Source of the DNA: Vicugna vicugna
Lineage: Eukaryota
Assembly: GCA_013265495.1 (NCBI GenBank)
Contig: MU058289.1
Span: 558,001 to 622,000 of the forward strand
Reading direction: 5' to 3'
Length of the DNA: 64,000 nucleotides
The stretch's first letter is position 1; every line of letters starts with the position of its first letter. Both the position numbers and the translations under genes were made by a program. The notes under the pieces were generated by a model, which worked only from the letters and a program-made list of their open reading frames with translations, did not search any database and was not told the DNA's origin. Below are positions 25,701-62,400 of the stretch, in pieces.

Positions 25701-27774
25701 AAGGACAGTTTCTGAGTTTTGACAGGTCTGCACAGTATCACAGGTCAGCCATCCCTGCCAGTGATGGTGCCTTGGTCTCTCCATCTGTGACTTAGGCTGT
25801 GGGCTTCTCTAATCTGCAGACACGACCCCATATCTGCCCAGGCTCTGGATACACCAGAGGAGTTTCCAATGACTGAGATTTTCCTGAGGGTCTCCAGGTT
25901 TGTTAGTGAATATTCCCGACCAACGGGTGAGATAAATCCTGTTCAACATCCGACAGTGACTGCTGAGCATCTCCTGTGTGTCCGAGGGCACAGTTCTGGG
26001 TGCTGTGTGTATAGCAGCAGACACAAACAAGTCCCAGTCTTCCTTCTAGTAGGACAAGATTGACACCAAACAAGTGTCAGGTTGGGATAAGGGGTGTGAG
26101 TAAAGCAGGGTCAGGGGATGGAGCCTGATGAGGTGCAGTATTACAAGTGAGGACACCCTGAACATATGGACATATGAACTGAGACCTGGCGATGAGAAAA
26201 AGCCATGCTGATATCTAAGGAAGACAGGACCAGGCAGAAGGAACTGCAAGTACAAGGGCCCTGGGGCAGGAATGACCTTGGCCTGTACAAAGCATAGCAA
26301 GGCCAGTGCCAGTGGATCTGTAGCAGAGACCAAGCTGGGAGAGGTGAACCGAGGCCAGATCTTGCAGGAACGATTTTGGAGTTTATTCTGAGAGAGAAGG
26401 GAAGTCCTTGGAGGGCTGTAAGCAGTGGAGTGACACAGCTGCTTTACACACGTGGCTCATAGAGAAGGCTCAGCGCATGGACTCATGGCAGGGGCAGTGA
26501 GGGTGACTTGGGCCCTGCCTCCTCTCTTGCAGTTTCCTGCAGCAGGTTGGGGACAGCCAGGCGGGGTGGGGGTGGGGCCTCCTGCTGTTCCACAGCTTCA
26601 GCTTTCCCAGATGACCTACCGCAGAGGGAAGGACATCGCCAAGGCAATTATCTTATCGGATCTGCCCACTTTTGCCCCTGGAGACACATCCACCCTGTGA
26701 GGCCCAAGCAAGAGGTATCAAGATACCCACCATTCCACCAGGCCAGCCCCTCCCTGCTGCCTGTGAAGGTCCCTCCCTGGGGGTTCGGAGGGGGGTCTCC
26801 AGACCTCCAACCTGGCACCAAGCACCAAGCTTGAGCCAGGCCTCTTAGACACATCCTTTCCCCACTTTGTACCTTGGTTTCCCCATCTGAGCAGGTTGGG
26901 TTGGGGGCGAGGGCACGACTGACGGCTGTGATGGCTCTGTCTGGAGTGTGGAGTGCCTCTGGGGTCCTCCGAGCCTCCTATTCCCGCTCTGCACAAAGGA
27001 ATCATAGTGTCATCTTCAGAGGGGTTTGTTGCAAGGACCTATGAGGTCACACACGTGCAGTCCCCAGACGTGCTTGGCGCTGCTGCTGTTTGGGTGTTTT
27101 CTCCGGTGGTACCCTATAAGAACCAGGCTCCTGGGGTCAAACCTGGGCTGGAATCCTGTCCTGGAAACTGAATCATCTCAACCTTAGGCCAAGTCCTTAA
27201 CCTCTTTGCACCTCGGTTTCCTCACCTGTACTATGGGGGCTAAAAAGAGAACATAACTGTAAGGCTGTTGTGAGGAGCTAAGGAAACATTCGAGCAAACA
27301 CACAGGGCAGACCCAGCGCAGAGTAAGTGCTCCCTGGTCGGCAGCTGTTACAGCGACCTCTGTGGGCGCCCTCCCCGCCAGGTGTCTGATGCCTGCTCTG
27401 AGGCTTAAAAGAGGACACTGCAGCCATCTGCCTGGTTCTGGGTCCTGACTCTTTCACATCGTCGCTTGCAAGTGACTTCACTGCTCCAGGCCACAGTCTC
27501 CCCATCTGTAATGGGGGTAGGGAGTAAGAGTGGTACCCACCTCAAAGGGTAGTTATGAGATTAAATAAGTTAATAGATGACAGGCTTTGGCACAGTGCCA
27601 GGCACATAATGAGCACCATGTGTTTGCTATTCCTGTTGTTGTTAGTATGGCTACTCCCAGTGGTTCCCTGATCTCAGTGGCAGGTTGTGATGGGGTCCGG
27701 GCAGGCTGGGAATGCCCAAGCTGCCCAGGCCTGGAGGTCACCCCAAGGAGCCCCGTAATCAGCTGTAATCAGGC

Positions 27775-27869
27775 CTGCCCTGCTCCACCTCCTCCCTCCC
27801 TGGGTATATCAGGGCTGGTCCAGACCCCAGGCTCTGTCTCGGCAAAGCAGGGCGGCTGTACCGGGCACC
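27775..27869 (+). promoter_or_regulatory. ATP4A proximal promoter / 5'UTR with TATA-like TATATCA
   Basis: TATATCA at 27805-27811, about 60 bp upstream of gcaccATGG. Confidence 0.5.
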
Positions 27870-39756
<11,887 letters not shown>

Positions 39757-40141
39757 AGGGACCGCTGCCTCCAAGCCGTCTTTGCACACACAGCGGTGGG
39801 GGCGGGGGTGGGGGACACAAGGGACCCTCTGGACAGCTACCAAACATCTAAGCAGTCAAGAGCCCCAGCCCTACCTGTGACTCCCTTGCAGCCCATGGCA
39901 ATTCAACCTTGAAGGGACCCTCCCCACTCCCCCTCCTCTAGGGGCCCTCCTGGAGGAGCAGTCTCTAGACCCAGTCCTCTGGGCTGGCCTCAGGGAAGCC
40001 CCCACCAGAGAGGGTGAGGGGGCTTTGATGGGGAATGGGAGCTAGCAGATCCTATGAGGTGGGTCTCTCCTTGGGACTCCAGGCCAGTAAGAGGGCTGCC
40101 TGGGGGCTCTTCTTTAAGAACGCACTCATGTCTGTTATAGT

Positions 40142-40147
40142 AATAAA
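40142..40147 (+). terminator. ATP4A polyadenylation signal
   Basis: AATAAA about 385 nt after the stop codon, followed by T/GT-rich sequence. Confidence 0.75.
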
Positions 40148-43100
40148 GCAGCTCACACTGACTGTTTTTATTTGGTGTCGGGCATCATCTTAAGTGTTTT
40201 TTCATGAACCTCTTTTGTCGGCCAGAATCCTCTTAGGGGCTCTGTTCCAGACTGTATCTCCAGTTCCTAGAACACAGTCTGGCACACAGTGGCTACTCAG
40301 TAAATGTTCCTTAGGGGAATGAATTCCCATTTCTTTGCCTAGGGTTACAGCATTTCAAGGTGAGCTGAATGTGACCACAGGCACCCTTCAGTACGGTGTC
40401 TTTAACCACCCCACTAGCTAACACCACCTCTGGGCTCTCCTTTCTCAGCACCCACTCTCCCTCTTTCCACCTCACGCAGCCCCTGCCCTCTACCCTTCTC
40501 AGATGTCTCCACTCTGATTCTGCTTGCTCACGCCTTTGCAGCTGCACGGGGTGCCCTATCACTGGTCAGTCCTGACCCACTCCTGGAGGCTAAAGTCACA
40601 AGACCCCTGCTCACAACCCTCTCACCTAAAGTTAACCCTCCAACTACTGGAAACTCCCCTGTCCACACTGCCCCCCACTTTGCCAATCCTTTTCCCGGTC
40701 CCCCTTTCTTGCCTCTCTTACTCCTTCTTTGTCAAGAGTCTCTGTGGCTGGACCCCAAGCTTCTCCTTCCTCTTCAGCAAGACTCCCCACTCCCACCACC
40801 ACTGGCCTGTTCTGCCTCTGCGGTGATGCCCACAGCTGTCTCCAGCCTACCCTACATGTCCATGGGGACCCACACTGGTCTCTCCATCATCCTCCAAACC
40901 TGGTCCCACCTACTGTCCCATCAGTGTGCTTCCTTCTCCCTGGGAAACAGTCCTCAGAGAGCTTACAACCCCAAACTTGTGTTACCCTGGACTCCTCCCT
41001 TACCTGTCATTTTCCTACCATCCATCACCGACCCCCACCCCATCCAGTGAAATAAAAACACAGACCACTGGTCACCACATCTCCACTCTGCTCCTAACCA
41101 CCCTTCTTCTACCTCTGCCAGCCCTGCCAGCCCTGCCCTGCCCTGGTCCAGGCCTGGCCTTCTGGCCTCAGTCTCCCCATCCACACAGCAGCCATGGAGA
41201 TCCTCCTAAAGCCAGAACTGACCATCCTTCCTCTGCCTAGAACTTTCCATGGTTCCCCACTGGCCCTAGTCAACTCTCCAGCCTAGCCTCAGAGCCTTCT
41301 GTGATCTGGCCCCTGTAGTCTCACAAGCCCCCTTGAACTCATTCCCACCAGTTCTTATGCTTCACTGGAAAGCCTAGGCCCCCTTTCTGACCTAAAGGCC
41401 CTGGACTCTTTGCCCTATTAATTCATCCTTTATGTCTCAGCTCACACATCCTCTCCTCCAGGGGAGACACAGCCCTCTCTTCCCATCAAAGCCCTGGTCA
41501 TTGAGTTTAGCTCATCAGTCCTACCACTCTGACTGGGCTTCACCCATCACAACAGGGCCTGTGGGATCCCCACTACAGCCCCAACCACTCTGTTCTGTCT
41601 CCCTGAGCCCCACGAAAGCTGGGACTGTTTCAGACAGGTGGCCCCAGCAGGGAGCCTGGATCAGAGTCCCTGCTCAGCAGATAGTTGTTGAATAGTTATT
41701 CCTGCAACCTTCACTGTCCCAATGTGCGCTAAGGTCTAGGTGGGGCATGGGATGGAGGAAAGCAATGTTATTACATATCCACCCACATGGGCTGGGGGAG
41801 CACCCATCTACTCCATTTTCATATCAAAGTCAAGGTGGCCTAACCATCACTCACTACTGCACTCCCAAGAAACCTGTGGACCCTGTCTTGACTAGGAGCA
41901 CTGAGGAGGGGGAGGGGTCAGATTGTGTGCCCCACCTGAGGGTAAATGCTCCCTCTGACAACACCGAGACTCATAGCAGGGCTGAACAGAGCTGTGCTTG
42001 GTGCCGTCCTAGGCCCAGGGGTAAACAACATTATGGCAGGACCTCAACAGCCTAGTGGAGGGAGGGGGCCAATGCCCTATTCCATGCCCTGGAGGATCCC
42101 ACTGGGACCACCAGGGCTGGAGAGCACCTTCCAGGCTGGTAGGATCTGCATCAAGATGGAGCTGAAGCATGACATTCAAAGCCCCACTTCTAACCCATTC
42201 CCCTCAGGGAGGGGAGAGAAAGGGGCAGGAAGCTGGCCCTACCAGACCTGCGAAGGGCTGGGGTGAGGAGGGTGGCATCCAGGACAGCATCCAAATTGGT
42301 GAGCTCAACTGCTCTGCTACCGGGGCAGCTGTCTCTGTTCTCTACCCTAAGACAACTCTGGCCAGGATTTAATCTGAGGGCCACAGAACTGAGTCAGGGC
42401 ACTGAGGACTTCAGAATTACAAAACAGGCCCTCAAGGGCAAAACCAAGGGTCAAGCGGTTGGACTACTGCTGTGCAAGATGGAGCCCTAGATGGCTGCAA
42501 GCAAGGTAGGGTGAGCTAGTAAGACAGGGTTTCAGATAGACCCCCTTGGCTGCCATATAAAAGGTAGATGCGGGGCAGTTTGGGGCCAGGATCTAGGAGG
42601 TGACCAGCCAGGGAAGGGCCATGTGGGAGAGCACCAGGTTAAGGCTGTGAGGAGGAGCCCCCAAGAACTGTCTCTTGGGCTCTCGCTCCGCTCTATCACC
42701 TATTCCCTGAGGGCCCTGGTCTCTGCCTCTGCTCTAAGACTGTCTTCTCTGAGCCCTTAGTCAACTTTGGGAAAACAAGGAGCAGTGGAACTGGTCTAGA
42801 AACACAGGACAAATCAGTGCTGGCTAGTTTTGCAGCTTGTCTACCTGGCTCCAAAGCCAAAACAAGGGCTTCTGGGACCCAGGTGAGCATAGTATTGGTA
42901 GACAGTTCCAGAGAGAAATAAAGGCAGAAACAACTTTCCAAACACTGTTTACTTCACTGAAACCTGGAGATAGGGAAAAGGTGTGTGAAAGTCTGGGACA
43001 CCAAGCCTAGGAGTGCACATTGACAACAGAGACATACAGAGCCAGGGTGCTGAGGGCCAGCAGTCCTGTCACCACCGCTCGGGCCAGCAGTGCCGTCCAG

Positions 43101-44329
43101 CTGCCCAGGGAACAGAGGTGGACGAAGGTCCTGTGAGGAAACATGACAATGAGGGAGGGAGAATAGAAAATTCAACCCATTTGGACCCAGCCTCGATCCC
43201 CACCCAGCTCACTCCATGACAAAGGCCTTGTAGACGCTAAGGAACATCAGTAGGAGGACTGCCGGCCGGAAAGTGTGGTACAGGTCGTAGCGTGTTATCA
43301 TCCACACCTGGGCAGATGCGACGATGTAATGGACCTGGAGGAAGGCGGGAGATCAGGGCCAGGCCTCAGGAGTATAACCACTAGCAAAAAGGTGTGTGTG
43401 GGAGAGCAGAATTGCGTACCAGACTGATGTTGGAGTCAATGCTCATCTGGATGTATTTCCAGTCAAACTCAATGCCCCGAGCTCCAACCCAGAGGGGGAT
43501 GCAGCTGAGGAAGGCAAAGGGAGGGATTCTCCAGTACCCAGACACCCTCAGCACCCAAAATCTGAGCCCCCGCCCTCCAGCACCCCCCTGGAACCCAGGT
43601 GTCCTTTCTCAGGAATCTGGGCTCCAGGATGCTGCACACACCGGGACATAATGAGCTCGGCGGTGGCCCAGCCCAGGGCAGCAACCATGATCTTGTATTC
43701 CCCCTTGCCGGCATTCCGGGACATGACAAGGTTTAGGCCTATCAGGTCTGCCACATCCACGCTGGCCTTCATGAACTCCTGTGGGTCAGGTTGAGGCTTG
43801 AGTAAGCACGGGGGCCAGGGGGCCCCACTCCTGCATTCCCTCCCCCTTCCTTGCCCCACTCACCCCAATGAAATCATAGATGCCGCCTTCCCAGGTGGGA
43901 AAGAAAGTGGCCAGGAACAGCATCTGAGACCAGAAAACAGAGAGGTCACCTCAAGGTGAGGGAGATCAACCACGTGGGTTTTGTGGGAAGTTAGTGTGTA
44001 TGTGGAAAGCAGAACACTGAGGTTCTGTGGGCCCACGTAGAAGAGGGACCAAAGCATGGGAACAAGACGGCAGGAGCAGGGGAGATTGTGGGTAGAGGCT
44101 TGGCAGTTTGGGTTCTGTGGTGAGCCCAGCAGGGTATCAGGGTCAGGCCTGGAGGTGCCAGGGCTGGATATCTACCAGGGCTTTGGTAGCAGTGCCGGAG
44201 GGGCCTTGGGGGTTAGTTGGCGGCTCTTAACAGTATCCAAACCCCTCTTAACCATACAACTGAATGTTCTCAATTTTACTAAACGTACAATATAGAAGTT
44301 GCTTGGGGACCTCTCCTCAGGTTCCAGCC

Positions 44330-55272
<10,943 letters not shown>

Positions 55273-55339
55273 GGCTTCCTAAGATTTCATGGCCCAGCCG
55301 CCCCGGCACCCGGCGCGATGTTACTGCAAGACCGGTATT

Positions 55340-55425
55340 TCTTGCTGTGGCGTCACTGTGCCCAGTGACGTCACAGAGGCGGCTGTGCGAAGGCGTGTCC
55401 CAGTCGAGGCGTGTGACGTCTGCAT
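55340..55425 (-). promoter_or_regulatory. GAPDHS promoter CRE cluster
   Basis: Perfect TGACGTCA at 55366-55373 plus near-CRE TGGCGTCA (55348-55355) and TGACGTCT near 55414; consistent with CREM-type spermatid regulation (inference). Confidence 0.65.
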
Positions 55426-56619
55426 GCCGTGCACCACCGTTCCAAGGCGACCACTGGTATCAGGAATGGAATCCAACTTTTTATGCTGATCCTCAAAGCC
55501 CTTTCTCTGTCTCTGTCTCTCCTTAGGCACACTGGCCCCGTGCTGTTCTCCACCCTCCTCAGGAGTTACCCTAGCTGTTTCCTTTTGCCTGGAAGCCCTG
55601 CCAATGCCTTTCCTTGGCTGCCTCTTGCATTCCTTCAGGAGCCACCCTTTAAGAGAGGCCCTCTGGACTCCCCATTTAAAATTCTCTCCTCTCTCAGTCA
55701 CTCTCTGCCATCACCCCCACTCCCTCCATCTACCCATCTTCCAGGAAACCTCATCTGACTTCCCATCCTGGGTTAGATGTTTCAATGTGCAAAACTACTC
55801 TAGGGTTACACTCTATATTTTTATTTTCCTCACAGCATATCTCTCTCTCTAAAAATCATCTTGTTTATTTGTTTTCTTGCCCATTGCCTCTGCCCATCAG
55901 ACTGTAAGCTCTGGGAGGACAGAGTGCTTGTCTGCATTCATCACTTTTATATCCTGTTGACTAGAAGAATATTTGGCACTTAAAAAGGTGTTTGCTCAAT
56001 AAATACTACCAGAGTAAGTAATAAATGTCACCTCCTGAGGTTTCTTCTCATCTCTAGTCTTAGAGTAACCGTCAAGTCCTGTCTGATATCCCCCAGCACC
56101 CTGTTCTTTTCCTCATGGCTTTTCAGGTAGTTTGCCGTGATCTTGGTTTACTTGTTCAGTGTCTCCCTTTTGAGCTGTCTTTTCCATTTAGTTCGTCATT
56201 GGGCCTCCAGCCCCTTGAACTGTGTCTGACACCAAGCAGGCTTTCCATGAACATTTGGGAAAGAACAGATGGGCAGGTGGCTCTCTTTCACCAAGGCACC
56301 GGGGTGGGGGCTTGCGTGCACACCTGTGACTCACAAGAAGTCACCTTCACTTGCAGCGCCAGTTGACACACAACTGTGACCAAGATTTAGGGGGTGTGGG
56401 GATTTGGGCCAAGAAGGAGTCATCATCCCAGAGAGAGGTGTGGAAGCAAGAATGGGCAGAATGACAACCTCTTCCTTCCCCAAACCTCCATGGGCACTCA
56501 GTTTGCTAAGCCCCTGGCACGGATAAGCGTGAGGCCCTTCTGCTCGCATGGCCCGGGTGAGGTGGAACAGAAAAGAGGTTGAGCGTACAGATGGGGAGAT
56601 TGGAATGAACCAAGACCAA

Positions 56620-57262
56620 AAACCAGATACTAAGTAAACAAAGAGGGACAAACCTAACACGTATAATCAAGGTGCGGGGAAAGAGTGCACAAATAAAACC
56701 AGGACTGCAAAGGGACCGATTTGGTACAACTTTACAATCATTGGTATGAAAAGATAGATGCAATCAAAATTTTTGTAGAAAATCTGAAGCATCAAAACTG
56801 GTGCAAAAAGAAGTGGCAAATCTGAGTAGGCCAATAACAAGAGAAGAAACAGATTTAAGATCTGTCCTTCCAAAGGCTGATTCAGATCTGGACGATTTTA
56901 TGGGCAAGATCTGCTGAAGCATGGGGAACAAATATTTGCCATCCTGTAGGAACTGTTGCAGATCCTGACCAGAGCTGGGAAACCCAGTGGCAGCTCCTGT
57001 GAAGAGTGACTCTGGGTCAGGCACTCGCTCTGAGGCCCTGCAAGGTGACAGGCACACTGTGTGTACACACGTGGCATGCTTCTTGGGAGTGCTCTGGGGA
57101 CCTGTGATAAATCAGTAGTGGAAACCGCCTTGACGTACTGAGGAAACCTGCACCGCCACATGACCAAAACCAGCAGAGGATGGCAAGGAAAGGACAACTC
57201 CAGATTCATCTCGTGTATGGGGATAGATGCCAAAATCCTAAATCAAATCATGGCAAATGGGA
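56620..57262 (+). mobile_element. Degraded LINE-1 ORF2 fragment
   Basis: A-rich L1-like text, e.g. gatgccaaaatcctaaatcaaatcatggcaaat. Confidence 0.5.
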
Positions 57263-59234
57263 GTGAAGCACTGAGGAGAGGGACTGAGGCTGACAGAGGA
57301 TGGTAGGATGGGGCAGAGAGATGGGTGGGAGAGAGAAGCAGAGGACATTTCCAGAGGAGAAACCCCACCTCTCAATCTTGGTGCAGATTAGAATTCTGAA
57401 GCTCACCACTCACCCTTCTCCACCCAGCAACCTCCTGGCGCAGGGAACTCCCTCATTCAGGTGCTGGACAGGGGCACAAAAGCCACCGCTGAGGTTGCCC
57501 AGGGATTTGGCTTTGTCACTGGAGCATGAAACTGGGAAACAAGCTTGGAGAGGTGACACAATTAGTCACCCTCTGCAGGCAGAGCCTAGAGAAGGCAAAA
57601 GGTCCTTGGTTCTCTGGGTCCGGGATGCCTGATTCTGGGTGGAACCAGGGTCTAGGGTGGAACCCTGGGTCCTCCAAGGGGAATGGGCCTTGTCGCCCTT
57701 GTTTGAGCAAAGCCTGAAAACACGTGCAGATTCCTGCCCCACCTGGGCACCCACACACATAGCTCTGCCACCCCACTCACTCACACCCTGCACATTCCTT
57801 CTACCTGGCCTTCCCACCAGCAGTCCCACCTCCACCCCCTCTCCCAGTCTTTCCTCTTGGCACCAAAACCCCAGTATCTTTCACCCCTGCACCCAACTGT
57901 ACCCACACACTGGCCCTCATCCTTCTGGTCTCAGCCTCCCTCCAAACTAGCTCTAGATAGTTTGGTTGCAGCAGACCGCCCTCCCACCCTCTGCGCGTCC
58001 CTCTGCAGCCCCTCTCCACACCGAGGCCAAACCCTCAGCTGTTTCTCTCTCCAGCCCCTGCCAATATGTCAACCAGTTGAGGCTTCAGGTTGGGACTTAG
58101 GAGGCCTCAGTGGGGAGGAGGGCAGGAAGGATGAGCTCCTGGCCCTCAGCCCAGGTTCTGGCTGACAGTCTCCTGCCACCCCGAGTCTTCGGCCCCTCCC
58201 CGTGGCTGCCTCAACCGGCTTTTCAGGAGACACTGCGTCCTGTCCCAGCTCATGGCAGTCGGCCCCCTGCCCTTGCCCCAGGGCTGGGAGGCAGGATGAG
58301 AATGTGATCCTGGCTCCAAAATCTGTACCCTTCACCATGGGACCCTATGCTACTCCGGGGATCCAGGTGACCTTCCCTCCAGCCCCCTTTAGACTCAGGC
58401 TCAGGCCTGAATTGTCTTCCCCTGGCTTCTGATCCATCCATTTGTTCATCCTAGAAATATTTCCTGAACCCCAGGCAATATTCTAGAAGCGGAGGATATA
58501 GCAGTGACCAACACAGACTAAGGCCCCATCCTCTGAAAGTTTATAATCTGATAGATGAGACAGACAGTAAAAGAAGATAATTTGGGATTGTGGTAAGAGC
58601 TATAAAAACTGAAGGATGGTATTACAGAGTATATATGGTGGATGGCCAGGGAAGGGTTTTTGTTTTTGTTTTTGTTTTTGTTTTTTTTTGTTTTTGTTTT
58701 AGAAGGTGATATTTGAACCAAGAAGAAAATGAGGGGGAACCCACCTTGTGAAGATCTGCATTCTACATTCCAGGCAGAGAGAACAGCAAGTGAAAAGGCC
58801 ATGAGGCCATGAATGAGCTGGGTATGTTTGAAGACCAGGAAGGAGACCTGTGTGGCTGGAGCACAGTAAATGCGGGGGGGGGGGGCGGTCAACAAGAATG
58901 AAAAGAATAAGGTCTGGGGTAAAAAAGATCAAGGCGTGGCGACTCCCTCAACTCCCCAGGGGTGCTCTCCTCCCTCTGACTGTGCCTCCCATCTTTCCAG
59001 TCTCTTACTGCTGGGGAAGCTGAATCCTGGGAGGCATGAGGATCCTGAAGAACCAGGCCTGGGTCCCAGGGACGAAGGGTGATTGAAGGTGGGGTGGAAT
59101 TGGGAGAGAGGAGGCCTAAAGAGTGGGTGAGGAATGAAAAGAGGAGGTGGTTGGAAGGGAAGACATCTGGGCTCTGGGGTGGAGGGCCTGAGCCTGATAA
59201 GGAGCAAAGATGCCACGTGAGTCTTCTCCATTCA

Positions 59235-59385
59235 TGACTCACCCTCTCTTCCTCCTCCTCCTCTTCATTGCTCAACCCCAAATCTCCCTGGGAAATACCT
59301 CCCTGACTGGGGATCAAGTCAGTGCCTCCCAGTGGTAACTGAGTCATGAGGGGTGGAGAAGAGGAAGGCAGGCATAGGATAAATA
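59235..59385 (+). promoter_or_regulatory. SBSN promoter: two AP-1 sites and a TATA-like box
   Basis: TGACTCA 59235-59241, TGAGTCA 59340-59346, GATAAATA near 59378-59385, about 55 bp before the ATG. Confidence 0.65.
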
Positions 59386-59437
59386 GCAGCTTTGCCTCCC
59401 TGGCTCCTCTCTGCACCCTCCCCACTTCCCCAACAAT

Positions 59438-62400
59438 ATGCATCTTGCCAGCGTGGTCAGCTCCTGCTCCCTCCTGCTGCTGTTGGGAGCCCTGCCTGGA
59501 TGGGCGGTCAAGGATGACCCCATTGAGAAGGTCATTGAAGGGATCAACCGAGGGCTGAGCAATGCAGAGAGAGAGGTGGGCAAGGCCCTGGAAGGCATCA
59601 ATAATGGAATCACTCAAGCTGGAAGGGAAGTGGAGAAAGTTTTTAATGGACTTAGCAGCATGGGAAACCAAGCCGGCAAGGAGCTGGACAAGGGCATCCA
59701 GGGGCTCAACCACGGCTTCGACAAGGTAGCCCATGGGCTCAACAGTGGCGTCGGACAAGCAGGAAAGGAAGCAGAGAAGTTTGCCCATGGGGTCAACAAC
59801 GCTGCCGGACAGGTTGGGAAGGAGGCAGACGAAGTGATTCATGGGGTCCATCATGGGGTCAACCAGGCGGGAAGTGAGGCAGGGAGGTTTGGTCAGGGCA
59901 TCCACCATGCCGCTGGGCAGGCTGGGGAGGAGGCAGAGAAGTTTGGTCAGGGCATCCACCATGCCGCTGGGCAGGCTGGGAAAGAGGGAGAGAAGTTTGG
60001 TCAGGGCATCCACCATGCCGCTGGGCAGGCTGGGAAGGAGGGAGAGAAGTTTGGTCAGGGCATCCACCATGCAGCTGGGCAGGCTGGGAAGGAGGGAGAG
60101 AAGTTTGGTCAGGGCATCCATCATGCCGCTGGGCAGGCTGGGAAAGAGGGAGACAAAATAGTCCAAAGTGTTCATCCTGGGGTCAACCAGGCTGGGAAGG
60201 AGTGGGTCAACCAGGCCGGAAAGGAGGCAGAGAAGTTTGGCCAAGGGGTCAACCACGCTGCTGGCCAGGCTGGAAAGGAAGCGGAGAAACTTGGCCAAGG
60301 TGTCCACCAAGCTGCTGGCCAGGCCGGGAAGGAGGAGGACAGGTTGCAGCAGAATGTTCATAATGGGGTCAACCAAGCCGGCAAGGAGACCAAACAGCCG
60401 CTGAATGTAGGTGAACAAGGGTGGGATAATGGGGATAAGGGTGTTGGGGGAGGGAGAGGTTAAACCCTTGGGACATTTGGGGAGCCTAGGTAGTCATCAT
60501 TTGGTGACAGAAGCTTGGGCAGCTATGGAACTGTGTCCTCCTTCTCAGTCTCCATGTCCCTTAAAACGGAGCTGGTGGTTAGCTGGTCAGACAGACTAAG
60601 CCATCTTCTTCGCAAAGCCCTGTCAGAGAGTGTGGACGGGCCCCAGCCCCGCTTCAGGGAGCTGTCTTCCTCATTAATGACATCTAAGGGGAGGAACACG
60701 CAGCCTCTCCTGGGAACAGAAAGAAGTTGCCGAGGCCAGGATCTATTACACTGCAGAGAGAATGAGTGTTGAGAAAACCCAGAGCATCAGAGGAAGCTTG
60801 AGGAATAGCTTTTGGAGATAAGCCCTATTCTGTTTAATTTTCCTGAGAAGCCTCTGAGGTAGCCAGGGTGAGGCTGCTGACTCTTTGATTCTCAGATAAG
60901 GAAACAGAAGCTCAGTGGGGTTTAAGGGTTTGCCAAGGTCACGGGGTGAGCACTCAGCTTTGGCCAATTCCAAGTCAGGGTTCTTTTTCTTCCTCTATGC
61001 TGCCCCATCAGAGGAGGCCTTCTGGAGGATTCCTGATCCCCACTTAGGTAGAGGGAACAGATCCCGGAGGCCAGGAGAGGCTGACTCCTGCTGGCCTCAG
61101 TTCCCCATCCTCCACTCTCCATGAGGAGTCTCTGGGACACCATCTCTCCAGGTCTCAAGCCCATAGCCACATGGGCTGCCAGCCAGGGAGCCAGGGATGG
61201 GTGGGTGGGGAGGAAAGAATTATGGAGAAAGTGTGCAGAGTAAGGGAGGGAGCTCTGAGTCAGATGGGAGATCTCACCGAACAGAGACCAGAGAGGGAGG
61301 TTTGTTTGGGGATCCGAGGCCGGCAGCAGCAGTGCGGTGGGGGAGGCCTTGCTCAGTGCCTGGGGACAGGATTAAGGAGAGGATCAACCCGAGTTAGGGA
61401 TCAGGCTAGAGTGTGTGTAGAAGGGGTAGCTCTGAGGTCAGGGCTGAGGTGAAACCCTGTCCAGGTATTCATGTGGCTCCTCTGGGCTCCCTCTCCAGGC
61501 AGGCCCCTTCTCAGCAACTAAGAACATCTCATAACTAAAATCAAAGGGAATCAAGGGAAGACGAGTCAGCAGGGGCAGGCATCCTTCCTGGCTTCTCCTC
61601 CCACCTCTCACAGAGTTCCCACAGCTACATGGGCTCTGAGTTTTCTTTCTGGACCTTTCTGGTAGCCTATGCCTCCCGCCCCAGCCCCAGCCGGCCCCCA
61701 GGGAAAAGGGACTTGGGAGACCCTCAAGGGCTGAGGGGTTGTAATGAATCCAGGCTTCGTCCACAGGGCGGTCATCCAGGCGGATCCACAGGCCAGCACG
61801 GAGGGGTCGCAACCACGACCTTAACATCTGGAGTAAGTCTCCCGAGCACAGCGCGGACTTGGAGGTGGGAGGAGGGGAGGCTCTCCTCCGATGGTGGTGG
61901 GACAGACGCTGGGACTGACCCTCTTGTCCTTGAATTTCAGGCTTCGGTCAACAAGCCCTTCATCGACTTTCCAACTCTGTGGAAGGTGAGTGTCCACGTT
62001 GCTACTTCCTGCTTGGGAGATGCTCTCATGTCCCCTTCCCGTCTCCTGTTGCCAGACAACTGCACTGTAGACAGACTCTCAGCCTCTGCGGAGACCATCC
62101 AACGCATTTCCCAGCTCTGGCCTTCCTGCCTCACTGTTCTGGGCCCTGCACATCCTGCTGTCACCTTATGGGCTCTTTCCGTCCCCTCCCTCCCCGAGGC
62201 AGAAAAAATCTCCAGGGGCCCGTGTGCATCTAGGAGCCAGGGAGGGAGGGGCTGCTGAAACCCTCCCCTCCCTGTGCCCAGCATCTCCCCTTGATATCTC
62301 CCTGCCAGACTCCCTCCCTACCTGTGGACCCTCTGCTGCCCTGGCCCTGCTACCTGGCGGCAGAGTGCTAGGTGGCGGGAAACTGCATCTCCGTCCTCCC

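Noticed and set aside
59889..60155. Regularly spaced repeats as a CRISPR-like array
   Set aside because: In-frame coding tandem repeat with no unique spacers, in a mammalian gene.
58889..60418. 509-aa minus-strand ORF with Leu/Ser/Pro repeats
   Set aside because: Antisense shadow of the repetitive SBSN exon 1; it has no independent gene signals.
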